Origin: Candidatus Methanomethylicia archaeon
Lineage (GTDB): Archaea > Thermoproteota > Methanomethylicia > Nezhaarchaeales > B40-G2
Reading direction: 5' to 3'
Length of the DNA: 64,000 bases
NCBI GenBank assembly: GCA_029259155.1
Contig: JAPDJI010000006.1
Location: 1 to 64,000, forward strand
Position 1 is the first letter of the stretch; each line of letters opens with the position of its first letter. Below the pieces are notes generated by a model that made no database searches, had not been told where the DNA came from, and saw nothing but the letters and a program-made list of their open reading frames with translations. Below, piece after piece: positions 19,306-28,972 of this stretch. Both the position numbers and the translations under genes were made by a program.

Positions 19306-19593
19306 TCACTTCGATAAGCGTTCTATTAGCTTCTCGATGGGTATAGCGGGCATGGTTAAAGTATCGATGGTCCCCCTGGCGCCCAGCTCAATAGCTACCT
19401 TAGCTACGGTTTCGTTGTCTGGGGCCTCTATGATGTTTACGAAGTCATAAGGGCCAAGGAGTAAAAACTGACTTAACACCTTTACACCCATAGCCTCTAT
19501 CTCCTTATTGACCTCAAGGATACGTTTAGGGTTATCCTTCACCGTTTCCCTACCTTCACTTGTCAGCTTAGTTAACATTACATAAAAAGGCAT
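19306..19593 (-). CDS. GYD domain protein
   Basis: LGPYDFVNIIEAPD...RG...TLTMPA. Confidence 0.85.
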   Translation of the reverse strand: MPFYVMLTKLTSEGRETVKDNPKRILEVNKEIEAMGVKVLSQFLLLGPYDFVNIIEAPDNETVAKVAIELGARGTIDTLTMPAIPIEKLIERLSK

Positions 19594-19645
19594 GCATACA
19601 CCCCTGTTCCTAGTTTAAGAAGTCACTCTGTGTTAAGGATTATGT

Positions 19646-21073
19646 CTAGGCTCCTCCAGTTTTAAAGAGCTCATCTAGTGTTGCTTGGCTTCCTCTACGT
19701 TTACGTTTGATCACTGAGAGGAAATCATCGCGTACCGGCCGATAAACCTCGTCGTAAAAACGTTGTTGATCCAGTAGGGTGGTGCGCGGGAAGTTCCTTA
19801 AGTAGTCAAGCGCCGCTTTCCAAGCTTCCTCGTAAGGTATAATGGCCTCTATACGTTTAGCTATCTGTCTATCGTAGTCGCTAGGCTTCTGCTCCATGTC
19901 ACCTATGGCGAACCAGCCTCTGGGTGAAAGGTAAGCTCCTTCATCTCCAATCTGCTCCATTTTCTTCTCGCCGTGCACGTATGTAGTTAACGTGGCGCGG
20001 CGTCTAGGTTGAAGGAGGCGGTCTCTGGCGTAGCGTTTAGCCCATGCATAGAAGACGGCTCGATTAAGGCCGAAGGACTTTGCCTTCTCGAGATCCCCAG
20101 TCACTAAGTAATAGCGGGCAGCTTGTAGGAGGCCCATGACCTGAAACCTACCCAGCCTACCTGTAGGGGCTTTAAGTCCATGTACGGTGGCTGGTCGAAC
20201 CTCTTCGGCCTCCACAACAGTTCTAGCTTGCCCTGTCTTAACATAGCCAGGCCAGCCATCGTAGCCTCCAACCTCTACCAACGCCTTTTCAGCCAGTTTA
20301 TCCCCTTCTCCTTCCTCGTACTTCCTCCACGAAGGGTCATGTTTAAAGCTCTCAGGTCTAGCCCAATCCGGATGAAAACTGATCAGCTTATCGGGTTTAA
20401 AGCATACGCAGCATAGATCTAGTTTGCGGTGAAGCGATAGGGGGGCGGTGAAAACCCTCTTCAAGTCGATCTTGTTCTCAACCTTAAGTGGCCTATCGCC
20501 TGTCGGAGCTAATGAAGCTATCTTTTTCAGCTCACTCTTAACGGAGCGTAAAACATATTCCACGACGGAGAACGCCACGTCGAGAGGATTATGCTTAGCG
20601 AGGAGGTCGGGGGAGAAGGCTCTTTCATGTATATGTACGTGTATGCCTCGACCTGACCACTTCAAGAATAAAGATTCCTCTACTCCTTCCTTCTCGAGCT
20701 TCGATACTATTGTTTCAGCTGCATCTAAGGCTTGACGCCAGCTTTCAAGGCTTGCGTCCACGTCCCAGACTGGAGACGTGAATGTTATGTTGAAGGGTTT
20801 ATCGAGGTCTTCAGCAAGCTCAAGCTTAGCGTAAAGGTTTATAGAGGCATAGAAGGTTCTAGGCTTAAGCCCCTTGAACCTCTTAATCAGCTTCTCCAAA
20901 TCCTCAGTTGTATCAATGGTTATGGGTCTCTCTCCTCTCCTCCAGTATCTTAAGAAAACCCTTCCCTCCTTCTCCTCCCCCTCTAAAGCAACCCAACGCC
21001 CCCTACAGTACGACACTACCTCCTCCTTAACTTCAGGCCTAGAGTAGTAGGCTAAGACCTCCTCGTAGTCCAA
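19646..21073 (-). CDS. Archaeo-eukaryotic primase (AEP) superfamily protein with extra C-terminal domain and PIP-like tail
   Basis: WDVD (motif I), KWSGRGIHVH (motif II), KIDLKRVFTAPLSLH (motif III); ends in QATLDELF. Confidence 0.75.
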   Translation of the reverse strand: MDYEEVLAYYSRPEVKEEVVSYCRGRWVALEGEEKEGRVFLRYWRRGERPITIDTTEDLEKLIKRFKGLKPRTFYASINLYAKLELAEDLDKPFNITFTSPVWDVDASLESWRQALDAAETIVSKLEKEGVEESLFLKWSGRGIHVHIHERAFSPDLLAKHNPLDVAFSVVEYVLRSVKSELKKIASLAPTGDRPLKVENKIDLKRVFTAPLSLHRKLDLCCVCFKPDKLISFHPDWARPESFKHDPSWRKYEEGEGDKLAEKALVEVGGYDGWPGYVKTGQARTVVEAEEVRPATVHGLKAPTGRLGRFQVMGLLQAARYYLVTGDLEKAKSFGLNRAVFYAWAKRYARDRLLQPRRRATLTTYVHGEKKMEQIGDEGAYLSPRGWFAIGDMEQKPSDYDRQIAKRIEAIIPYEEAWKAALDYLRNFPRTTLLDQQRFYDEVYRPVRDDFLSVIKRKRRGSQATLDELFKTGGA

Positions 21074-21160
21074 GCTAGTCGCCTAGAGTAAAAGGAGGCT
21101 GCTCAGCCTCTTACATTTTCCTACCTAAAACTAAAAATGGTCCTCTAAGAGACTATACTC

Positions 21161-21952
21161 GTGATCGTATTGCTTTCCAAGTTGAAGGAACTCTCTTCAA
21201 AGCTACAAGCTCTCCTAAAGCTAGAATCTCAACCCGTGGCAGTTAAGCTAGTTAAGGAGTCCTCGGAGATTAAAGGTTTCAAAACTCCGGGCGAGATGAA
21301 GGTTAAATTAGCGGTCTGCCAGACCCTAGCCATGTCTTGGAGGTATGGATGGAGCGTTGCTGTAACTAATGAAGAATGTGCATGTCAGGTTGCTAAAGTT
21401 ATCTTCGGCTGGTTAAAAGTGGACCTAGAAACTTTCGCGAGCGCTTTCCTTAAGTGTGGCTTCTTTAAAGATATGTGCGCCGCTATTAAAGGTGTAAAGT
21501 CATCTCTAGAGGAATGCAATATCTGCCCCGACAGCTGCTTCGCTGTAGCCTCTACTCCTATGTCGAAGGCTCCATGGCTCCCAGACGTGGTGTTAATGTA
21601 CTGTAACCCAGCTCAATCTCAGCTGCTAGCCTTAGGCTACTCTTACATTAACGGGGACAGCGTGGAGATAAAGTATTCAGGTAAACACGCATCGTGTGGT
21701 TATGCCATCGCTAAAACGTTTAGCTCCAAGAAGCCTGTCCTCGTTCCTCCAGGCGGAGGGGACAAAGTGTTTGCCGCATGTGACCCAGGCCACGTCATCT
21801 TCGCCCTCCCGCCGAGTCTTCTGGAAGGAGTAGTTGAAGGCATTGAACATGTACGGCAAGCTGGCGTTACTAACTACCCAACTCCTATCTTCTTAAGGTT
21901 TGAACCTCAACTTCCTCAACCCTTCAGGGAGCTTGAGAGAGAGGTCGAGTAG
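21161..21952 (+). CDS. DUF169 family protein
   Basis: PVAVK, VCQ, EECAC, PDVV...NPAQ, ASCG, GGGDK pattern. Confidence 0.8.
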   Translation: MIVLLSKLKELSSKLQALLKLESQPVAVKLVKESSEIKGFKTPGEMKVKLAVCQTLAMSWRYGWSVAVTNEECACQVAKVIFGWLKVDLETFASAFLKCGFFKDMCAAIKGVKSSLEECNICPDSCFAVASTPMSKAPWLPDVVLMYCNPAQSQLLALGYSYINGDSVEIKYSGKHASCGYAIAKTFSSKKPVLVPPGGGDKVFAACDPGHVIFALPPSLLEGVVEGIEHVRQAGVTNYPTPIFLRFEPQLPQPFRELEREVE

Positions 21953-21993
21953 TTTACCCAAGCCTTTTTAGGCTTAGAGCCTAGAGCTTATCG

Positions 21994-23958
21994 ATGTCCT
22001 ACCCCTCACTAATCCTAGCTCTAGGGGCCAGAGTCCGTAAACTCCCCAGCTTTCAGCATCCTTTCCTCGAAGACTGTTTAGACCTATGCGACCTAGCCTC
22101 AGCCTCTACGCTGCTCAAGATTAGCGTTGAAGAAGCTTCTAGGCTAGCTTTAAGGTTAAAGGAGGTTAAAGCTAAAGTTAAGCTATCAGATGTGGCTTGC
22201 ACTAAGGATGCCAGAAAGGTGTTAAAGGAAGTTCTAACAGAAGCGGCTCGCTACCCTGTTTTGGAGCCAGCTAGGCACAGCCTTCTCCTTACCCTACCTT
22301 CCTTGAGCTTAGAGGAGGCTCAAGGAAGGTTAAGGCTAGTGGAGGAGGCGATGAAACTACTTAGAGAGATAGACTACGAGGAGGTCAAGGCTAAGCTGCT
22401 GCAGGCTTCTTTCGAGCGAGCTAAGCTCCCTATCCTTAACGTGGCTCTTGCTCTGACCAGTAAGAAGCTCTATGAAGAAGCTGAGGCTATGTATACACCT
22501 TTCATCAAGGTGGAGCTCATAGACTCGGCTGAGAAGGCTAGAAACGTGGTGGAGGAGAACGATGTAACCCTAACCATGACGCAGCTGCCTGTCGACGAGC
22601 CGGGCTTGGTTCCAATAGCTGGGCTTGAAGACATAGAGGTGGTTCCCCATATCATCGCCTCACTCTACTCTGCTTGGAGAAAGCCTCTTGAAGCCTTTCT
22701 TGAACTCGCTGAGATTTACGGCGAGTTCTCAGTCTTCAAAGCTTTTAGAGAGGACAGCTCGCTGGAACTTGTCAAGGAAGTGGCTCGCCTCATGTCCCTC
22801 TACTCCCCTGAGGGGGAGGACATCGAAGAAGCCTTTGGCTGGCTTGAAGCTGAGGTTAAGTCCTTAGCCAGGAGGGTGTTAAGGGAAGGCGGAGGAGCTG
22901 AATCGTTTAAAGAAGGAGCTAGAAGCCTACTAGCTGAGGCTACAGATAGGTTTAATCTAAGCTGGAGGGCTCAAAAACTTCTTGAAGAAGCTCTCGAGGA
23001 GGTTGAAGCTCCTTACTTTGAGCTACCTAGATATAAGCTGGAGGCTTTGAGAAGCCTCAACCGCAGGGAGGTTGGTGAGAAGCGTTTCCTTGAAGCTAGA
23101 GAGCTGGTTAAGAAGCTCTATAAGGTTAGAGAAAGCGTGAAGCGGTGCTTAAAGTCCCTGATAGACTTCGACCTTTCGCTGGCGTTGGCTAGGTTCAGCC
23201 TTGACTATGATCTAAGGCCTGCTAAGCTCGTTAATAAGCTCGGTTTGGGCTTCATCAATGCTCGAAACCTAACCCTACTACGTGAAGAAAAGCTGGGTAT
23301 AGCCAAGGTTCAGCCAGTTTCCTACGCTATAGGAGATACCGAGATCAAGTTGCTGGGCGCGACTCCACAGCGCGTCGTGCTCTTGACAGGTGCTAATAGC
23401 GGTGGTAAGACGACACTCCTCCTCACCATAACCCAGATCCACCTCATGGCATTACTAGGGCTCCCAGTTCCAGCTGAAAAAGCAGAGGTTCCCTTAATGC
23501 CGCTATTCCTCCTGAGACGTAGGACAGCTAAGAGGCTTGGAAGCCTGGAGTATGCTATTAGGCGTTTAAGGCTCATCTTCACTAAGCCTGGACCCAAACT
23601 AGTCCTCATAGACGAGTTCGAGGCTCTCACGGAGCCTGGAGCCATGGGGAGGATGATGGCTGCCCTCCTTAACAACCTCCCTCGCCGCTCGTTAACGGTA
23701 TTCGTTACCCACCTCTCCAGGGAAATAATCCCTCACCTACGCGTCCCATTTAGGGTGGATGGAATAGAGGCTAAGGGTTTGGACGAACGGGGCGAACTTA
23801 TCGTAGATCGACAGCCTCTATTTAACCACGTAGGCGCAAGCACCCCTGAGCTAATTGTAAGCAAGCTCCAACACGAAACTGCCAGTAGGAGGTTGAGGAG
23901 GCTCTATGAGAGCATGTTGGCAAGCTTGAGACAGGAACCTCTAAAACCTTTAATCTAG
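21994..23958 (+). CDS. Archaeal MutS-like ATPase (MutS5/MutS2-like; MutS domain V, no mismatch-binding domain)
   Basis: LLTGANSGGKTTLL, GLPVPA, LIDEFEALTEPGA, VTHL, RVDGIEA, STPELI. Confidence 0.85.
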   Translation: MSYPSLILALGARVRKLPSFQHPFLEDCLDLCDLASASTLLKISVEEASRLALRLKEVKAKVKLSDVACTKDARKVLKEVLTEAARYPVLEPARHSLLLTLPSLSLEEAQGRLRLVEEAMKLLREIDYEEVKAKLLQASFERAKLPILNVALALTSKKLYEEAEAMYTPFIKVELIDSAEKARNVVEENDVTLTMTQLPVDEPGLVPIAGLEDIEVVPHIIASLYSAWRKPLEAFLELAEIYGEFSVFKAFREDSSLELVKEVARLMSLYSPEGEDIEEAFGWLEAEVKSLARRVLREGGGAESFKEGARSLLAEATDRFNLSWRAQKLLEEALEEVEAPYFELPRYKLEALRSLNRREVGEKRFLEARELVKKLYKVRESVKRCLKSLIDFDLSLALARFSLDYDLRPAKLVNKLGLGFINARNLTLLREEKLGIAKVQPVSYAIGDTEIKLLGATPQRVVLLTGANSGGKTTLLLTITQIHLMALLGLPVPAEKAEVPLMPLFLLRRRTAKRLGSLEYAIRRLRLIFTKPGPKLVLIDEFEALTEPGAMGRMMAALLNNLPRRSLTVFVTHLSREIIPHLRVPFRVDGIEAKGLDERGELIVDRQPLFNHVGASTPELIVSKLQHETASRRLRRLYESMLASLRQEPLKPLI

Positions 23959-25151
23959 CCTCGGCTGGCTTGAAGACTCCACAAAGCTAGAAGGAGCATG
24001 GCGACGGTGCTGAGGGAGGCAGCGAACATGAAAGCGTAGGATGGGCTAACCAGCTCCCACAAGGCTCCAGCTATAAGGTTGCCTACTATTATGGTCAGTC
24101 CCGTAAGGGCATGGTAGATACCTAAGCCTGTTCCTTTAAGCTCACCGCACACGTCAGCTACGAGGGCTCTCTCTACGCCCTCCACGCTGGCGTAGGCTAA
24201 GCCGTACAGCGCGAAGAGCATGACCATCCACCAAGACACTGAAGCATAAATGAACAACGAAAAGGTGAAGGCGAACATTGCATACCCTACTGCTAGGACT
24301 CTGCTCTTCCCAACTCTGTCAGCTAAGGTCCCCATGGGATAGGAGAATACGGCGTACACCACGTTAAAGAATACGTATAGCAGTAGGGGGGCAGCTGTCG
24401 ATGCCCATCCTTCAAAGAGTAAGCTGACCCTTAACAGGGGGAACATGTAGCTGAGGTTTCCAGCCGCAAACAAGGTAGTGATGGGTAGAAGAAGTTTAAA
24501 CCGTTTAGGTAGATTTCTCAGCGATAAGATGAAACCTCTAGTCGTTACGTAGTGTACGGTTTCTTTAACGAAATAGAGAGGTATGAGGGCCATGAAGGCT
24601 ATAACTCCGGCCATCAAAAAGAATGATCTAAAATCCATGTTAACCAAGCTAAGTAGGACGAAGGCTACTATCGACCCTATGACAGCCCCAGCTGTGTCCA
24701 GGGCTCGGTGAAGACCAAAAGCCCTACCTCTCCAACTTTCAATTGCAGACTCAGCGATGAGGGCATCTCTAGGAGGAGTCCTGATACCTTTACCCGCCTT
24801 CTCCGCTACCCTTAATCCTAACACGTGCTGCCAGCTTCCAACTAAGGTCAAACCCATCTTTGAGATAGATGAGGTCAAGTAGCCTAATGCTACGAGAATT
24901 TTACGCCTACCTAACCTATCTGACGCATAGCCAGCCGTTAACCTGAGTATGCTTGCTATGCCGTCGCCGAGGCCACCGATTAATCCTATAGCTAAGCCTC
25001 CTCCGCCTAGCGAGGCTATGAAAAGTGGAAGGGCGGGCATGATCATTTCACTGCTCACATCGGTGATGAAGCTGACTGCCCCTAAGAGAGCAACGTTCAG
25101 CCCCAAAGCGCCGATCGCGCCTTTCTTACCCGACATCATGCGCATCGTCAA
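23955..25151 (-). CDS. MFS transporter
   Basis: DVSSEMI, GYASDRLGRRK, GKGIRTPPRDALIA, GRAFGLHRALDT. Confidence 0.92.
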   Translation of the reverse strand: MTMRMMSGKKGAIGALGLNVALLGAVSFITDVSSEMIMPALPLFIASLGGGGLAIGLIGGLGDGIASILRLTAGYASDRLGRRKILVALGYLTSSISKMGLTLVGSWQHVLGLRVAEKAGKGIRTPPRDALIAESAIESWRGRAFGLHRALDTAGAVIGSIVAFVLLSLVNMDFRSFFLMAGVIAFMALIPLYFVKETVHYVTTRGFILSLRNLPKRFKLLLPITTLFAAGNLSYMFPLLRVSLLFEGWASTAAPLLLYVFFNVVYAVFSYPMGTLADRVGKSRVLAVGYAMFAFTFSLFIYASVSWWMVMLFALYGLAYASVEGVERALVADVCGELKGTGLGIYHALTGLTIIVGNLIAGALWELVSPSYAFMFAASLSTVAMLLLALWSLQASRG

Positions 25152-25349
25152 CCTTTCAATAGGACCGAAGACTACTTTAGGTTTCTGCAGGGAGCTTCAA
25201 GGTCAAGCTTGCTTACGGTCTCCAACAAGTCTGGGATGAGAGGCTTGCGATGGATGAGGGAGGTTAATGAGTCCATCGCTAAGGGCTGAGGCCTAAAAAA
25301 CCTTGATGAGACTAACTGAGGCTGGTAACATGAAACTTTATCTTTAGCA

Positions 25350-26420
25350 GTGCCGAAGTGGGGAGAGGTGTACCTTGTGAGGAGGGTGATCTATAACGTC
25401 ACAGCTAAGTGTAATCTTCATTGTAGACACTGCTATGCTGCAGAGCTCCAAGGAGGTGTAGAGCTCTCTACTGATGAAGCTCTGGGGGTAGTTGAGGAAG
25501 TAGCTAGGTGCTTTGGGAAGGACACCAAGCTCATATTTAGTGGAGGCGAGCCTCTACTTCGCGAAGACGTCTACGACCTTATAGAACATGCTTCAAGGCT
25601 AGGTTTACGGGCTTCGCTTGCTACCAATGGAACCTTAATCACTGAGCAAGTAGCTGAGAAATTAAGAAAATCGGGGTTGACTGAGGTTTCAATAAGCTTA
25701 GATGCGGCATCTCCCGAGATCCATGACCAGATCAGGGGGCAAGGGAACTTCGAGAAAGCTCTAGAAGGACTTAAAGCCTGTAGGAGAGCTGGACTTGAGA
25801 TACTCATTGACCCCTGCGTGTTCAGTTTCAACGTTGAGCAAGTTCTAGAGCTTCTAGGTTTAGCTGAAGAGCTGGGAGCTAAAGGACTAAGAATTTTCCA
25901 CTATATTCCCATGGGTAGAGGTAAACATGAGCTGCCTAGCGCGCAACTAACGACGGATAAGTACAGTGAATGGCTTCAACGCCTCTACAACGAGCAACTA
26001 CGTAAACCAAACATATCCATATACGTGACGCAGACCCCACAATACACACTGCTTCTAGCCAAGGGTGTAGAAACAGGTTCATCTATAGCCTCTAAGATGT
26101 ATGAGGAGCTTAAACCGGGATGTAGAGCAGGAACCCACACGCTTTCAATTAAACATAACGGCGACGTCACTCCTTGCCCGCTTTGGACGACAGCTCTCGG
26201 TAACCTCCGCTCTCAAAGTCTACGTGAAGCCTTAAACTCTGAGCTTGCCAGGAAGCTTAGAGATAAGCAGCGTTACCTGAAAGGTAAATGCGCCGACTGT
26301 ATCTACGTTGATGTATGTGGCGGGTGCCGTGTAAGAGCCTATCAAGCTACAGGCGATTACTTCAGCGAGGATCCATTATGTAGCGAAGTTTTCTATAAGC
26401 CTCGTGGCGAGGAGGCTTGA
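25350..26420 (+). CDS. Radical SAM/SPASM domain protein (AhbD/NirJ-like)
   Basis: CNLHCRHCY, SGGEPLLR, SPASM CRAG...GDVTPC...CADC...CGGCRVRA...DPLC. Confidence 0.9.
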   Translation: MPKWGEVYLVRRVIYNVTAKCNLHCRHCYAAELQGGVELSTDEALGVVEEVARCFGKDTKLIFSGGEPLLREDVYDLIEHASRLGLRASLATNGTLITEQVAEKLRKSGLTEVSISLDAASPEIHDQIRGQGNFEKALEGLKACRRAGLEILIDPCVFSFNVEQVLELLGLAEELGAKGLRIFHYIPMGRGKHELPSAQLTTDKYSEWLQRLYNEQLRKPNISIYVTQTPQYTLLLAKGVETGSSIASKMYEELKPGCRAGTHTLSIKHNGDVTPCPLWTTALGNLRSQSLREALNSELARKLRDKQRYLKGKCADCIYVDVCGGCRVRAYQATGDYFSEDPLCSEVFYKPRGEEA

Positions 26421-27262
26421 ATAAGGCTAAGTTTGTTAGAATGGAGGCTAGACTCAAGAAGAAACTATACCGTGAAGTAGCGCTTAAGTCCCTTAAAGCG
26501 CTGATACATGATAGTGGCCCCTACTTTATCTTTGACTGCGGCTGCGGCGAAGCCTACGAAGCGGTATATGGTTTCTTCCCAGTTCTCAGGCGCCTTAAGC
26601 TTAATGCCGAGATAACCATACTTCTACTCGACCTCTCAAAGAAAGCTTTGGAAAAGGCTTTACGTAAACTAAAACAGACTTCCTCAAAAGGGATCGTTGA
26701 AGTTTACGCTGTGGTCTGTGATGTAGCTCATTTACCCTTTAATAAGGTGGTGGTTGATAGAGCGCTCGGCTTCTATGGATCAATACTTCACGAGCTATAT
26801 ATGCGAAAGTCTCTTAATGAAGCCTTGAGCGAAGCCAGAAGGTATTACAGGCTGATGGCTGGCTATGACTACGTCGACCCAGACCCTCGAGGAGAATTTA
26901 AGATTAAAATAACCGACTTAAACGCTGATTTGAGGAAAAGAATCTTTAGGTTAGCCGAGAAGCTTGGAGAACAAGTCGATGATCTATGTAGGCTTTCTCT
27001 GGTCCTTGAAGCAGTGTATCAGCTTAGCTTTCCCGGCGGCCAACCTCTAAGTCACCTCCACTTTACTAGGAAGGCCTCCTCTATGCGCCGCCTCCTGAGC
27101 CGCCAAGGCTTAAGGTTAAGGTGGACGAAGAGATACGACATAGCTCCTGAAGTGGGCTTTAGGCTTAAGGCACTGGGGGCTGCTCATCTTTCCTTTCCCT
27201 TTCCGTTAAAGGGAAGATTAGCATGGCTTGCTGAGCGATATAAACACTCAAAAGATTTTTAA
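26417..27262 (+). CDS. Class I SAM-dependent methyltransferase-like protein
   Basis: FDCGCGEA motif I, LDLS, CDVAHLPF, SILHEL; overlaps the rSAM stop. Confidence 0.62.
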   Translation: MNKAKFVRMEARLKKKLYREVALKSLKALIHDSGPYFIFDCGCGEAYEAVYGFFPVLRRLKLNAEITILLLDLSKKALEKALRKLKQTSSKGIVEVYAVVCDVAHLPFNKVVVDRALGFYGSILHELYMRKSLNEALSEARRYYRLMAGYDYVDPDPRGEFKIKITDLNADLRKRIFRLAEKLGEQVDDLCRLSLVLEAVYQLSFPGGQPLSHLHFTRKASSMRRLLSRQGLRLRWTKRYDIAPEVGFRLKALGAAHLSFPFPLKGRLAWLAERYKHSKDF

Positions 27263-27325
27263 GTACGAAACAGCCCACCGAAAAAGTAAAGACTTGGTGT
27301 TGAGTAAGGAGGGAAGGTTGATCAT

Positions 27326-27655
27326 ATGAGTAAAGACCAAGCAGTAGGAGCACTCCTCGTCTTAATATCCATAGTAGTCATGGTACTATACATATGGTTA
27401 GTGTTCTTTCCAGGATATCCTCCAGGACTATTGCCTCCCGGCATAGATGTCATAATACTGAAGTTAACGGGCACCGTCGCCATAATCATAGTCTTCGGCA
27501 TACTAGCATGGATAGGCTATACGCTCGCCACCACCCCACCGCCTAAACCTATTGAGGAGATAGAGAAGGAGCTCGAGGAGGAGCTAAAGGAAACCGAGAA
27601 GAAAGAACAGGAGAAACCTGAAGAAGCTAAACCTGAAGGAGAGGGAACTAGCTAA
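27326..27655 (+). CDS. Conserved small 2-TM archaeal membrane protein with acidic tail
   Basis: MSKDQAVG...WIGYTLATTPPPKPIEEIEKE. Confidence 0.8.
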   Translation: MSKDQAVGALLVLISIVVMVLYIWLVFFPGYPPGLLPPGIDVIILKLTGTVAIIIVFGILAWIGYTLATTPPPKPIEEIEKELEEELKETEKKEQEKPEEAKPEGEGTS

Positions 27656-27745
27656 GGGAGTTTCCAACCCTACATTCTTACATTTATTTCTAGCTTAGCT
27701 TAAGGCGGACTGAAGCTTTTAAGGGGCTAGGTCGCAGTTTCACCT

Positions 27746-28408
27746 ATGGAGACCGATGAAGGAGACCTTGCCAAGGTGGTTGAGGCTCTAAAACGTATTG
27801 ATACCTACCCGGAAGAACTAGGCTTAGACTTAACTAAACCTGAAGGTAGGTTCAAGTGGCTGTTGGCATCTATCCTGTTCGCTAAACGTATACCGGTCGA
27901 GATCGCTAAACGTACCTTCAAGCGCTTCATGGAGGAGGGCTTAACAAGCCCTAAAGCCTTATTGAAGGCTGGCTGGAATAAGCTCGTTGAAGTACTCGAT
28001 GCTGGAGGCTACGTACGCTACGATTTCTCCACGGCCTCCAACCTATTAGAAGCCATGGAGACCCTTGAAAACCTAGGAGGCTTAGAGGAGCTCTACGAGA
28101 CGTCTACGAGCCCTGTGGACTTGGAACGTAGATTGATGAGCCTTAAAGGTGTAGGACCCACTGCGGTAAGTATTTTCTTACGGGAACTACGTGGAGTCTG
28201 GAGTAAAGCTAGGCCCAAGCTTTCAAGTTTCGCTTTAGAGGTCTCTAGAAAACTTAGGCTTCCTGAGGACCTAGCGGTGGTGCTGGAGCCTAGGCTGGTT
28301 AAACTTTTCATAGAGTACTGTAAACGTGGGCGCTGTCCATTATGTCCAGTTAAAAACTTTTGTTGTGAAGAGGTTGCGAAAAAGTCGACAGGTAAAAGGC
28401 ATGGTTAA
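27746..28408 (+). CDS. HhH-GPD / endonuclease III-related DNA-binding protein
   Basis: FKWLLASILF, GYVRYDFSTA, HhH LKGVGP...IFLRELR, C-terminal C-x4-CxxC-x5-C. Confidence 0.8.
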   Translation: METDEGDLAKVVEALKRIDTYPEELGLDLTKPEGRFKWLLASILFAKRIPVEIAKRTFKRFMEEGLTSPKALLKAGWNKLVEVLDAGGYVRYDFSTASNLLEAMETLENLGGLEELYETSTSPVDLERRLMSLKGVGPTAVSIFLRELRGVWSKARPKLSSFALEVSRKLRLPEDLAVVLEPRLVKLFIEYCKRGRCPLCPVKNFCCEEVAKKSTGKRHG

Positions 28409-28417
28409 TAGGCCTTA

Positions 28418-28816
28418 CTATGTACTGAGCCTCTCCTTAACGAGGTCTAGGAACTCGCCTGCTTTCTTTACCTCGAACTGTATGAGCCCTGAATCTAAGA
28501 TGTCTTCATGTAAGAGCTCTCCTTTAAACAGTCGGCTCCTAGCAATGAACCTCTCGTATAGTCCTCTCTTGGCGAGTTCAGGGTCGTTTCCTTCAAGCGA
28601 CATTAGCAGCCTCCTCCTATCATAGTGACTTCTCGGAAGCTGAGAGTACAATTTGAGTATGAGTGCGTCAGCTGCCTGTATGACTGCTTCCCAAGCCCTC
28701 GAAGCAGCGTCTCGCATCTTTATCATGCTGTTCTCGGCGACGCCTTCCTCAAGACATTTTAAGGCTTCTTTATAGAGTTGGGAGGCTGAACTTATTAGGC
28801 CATCCGAGGTCTCCAA
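28418..28816 (-). CDS. PaREP1/HEPN-like protein (degenerate motifs)
   Basis: RDAASRAWEAVIQAADALI...PRSHYDRRRLL; the usual EKAW and LHG motifs appear altered. Confidence 0.65.
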   Translation of the reverse strand: METSDGLISSASQLYKEALKCLEEGVAENSMIKMRDAASRAWEAVIQAADALILKLYSQLPRSHYDRRRLLMSLEGNDPELAKRGLYERFIARSRLFKGELLHEDILDSGLIQFEVKKAGEFLDLVKERLST

Positions 28817-28972
28817 ACTTCCCAGCCCTTAGGCTGCTAGGTCTCCCTCTATTTAAGGTAGACGGCGTAGTGGAAAGTGAGGTATTACTATTACTTTTTC
28901 TAGCGGCTTCGCTAACAGGCCCTCGCCTCCTTTATATCCAAGCGCTCCTCAACAACTATTTGTAAGTTAACC

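Noticed and set aside
25245-25282. Fluoride riboswitch (GCGATGG... upstream of MFS)
   Set aside because: The P1/pseudoknot layout does not fit; the sequence forms a simple hairpin instead
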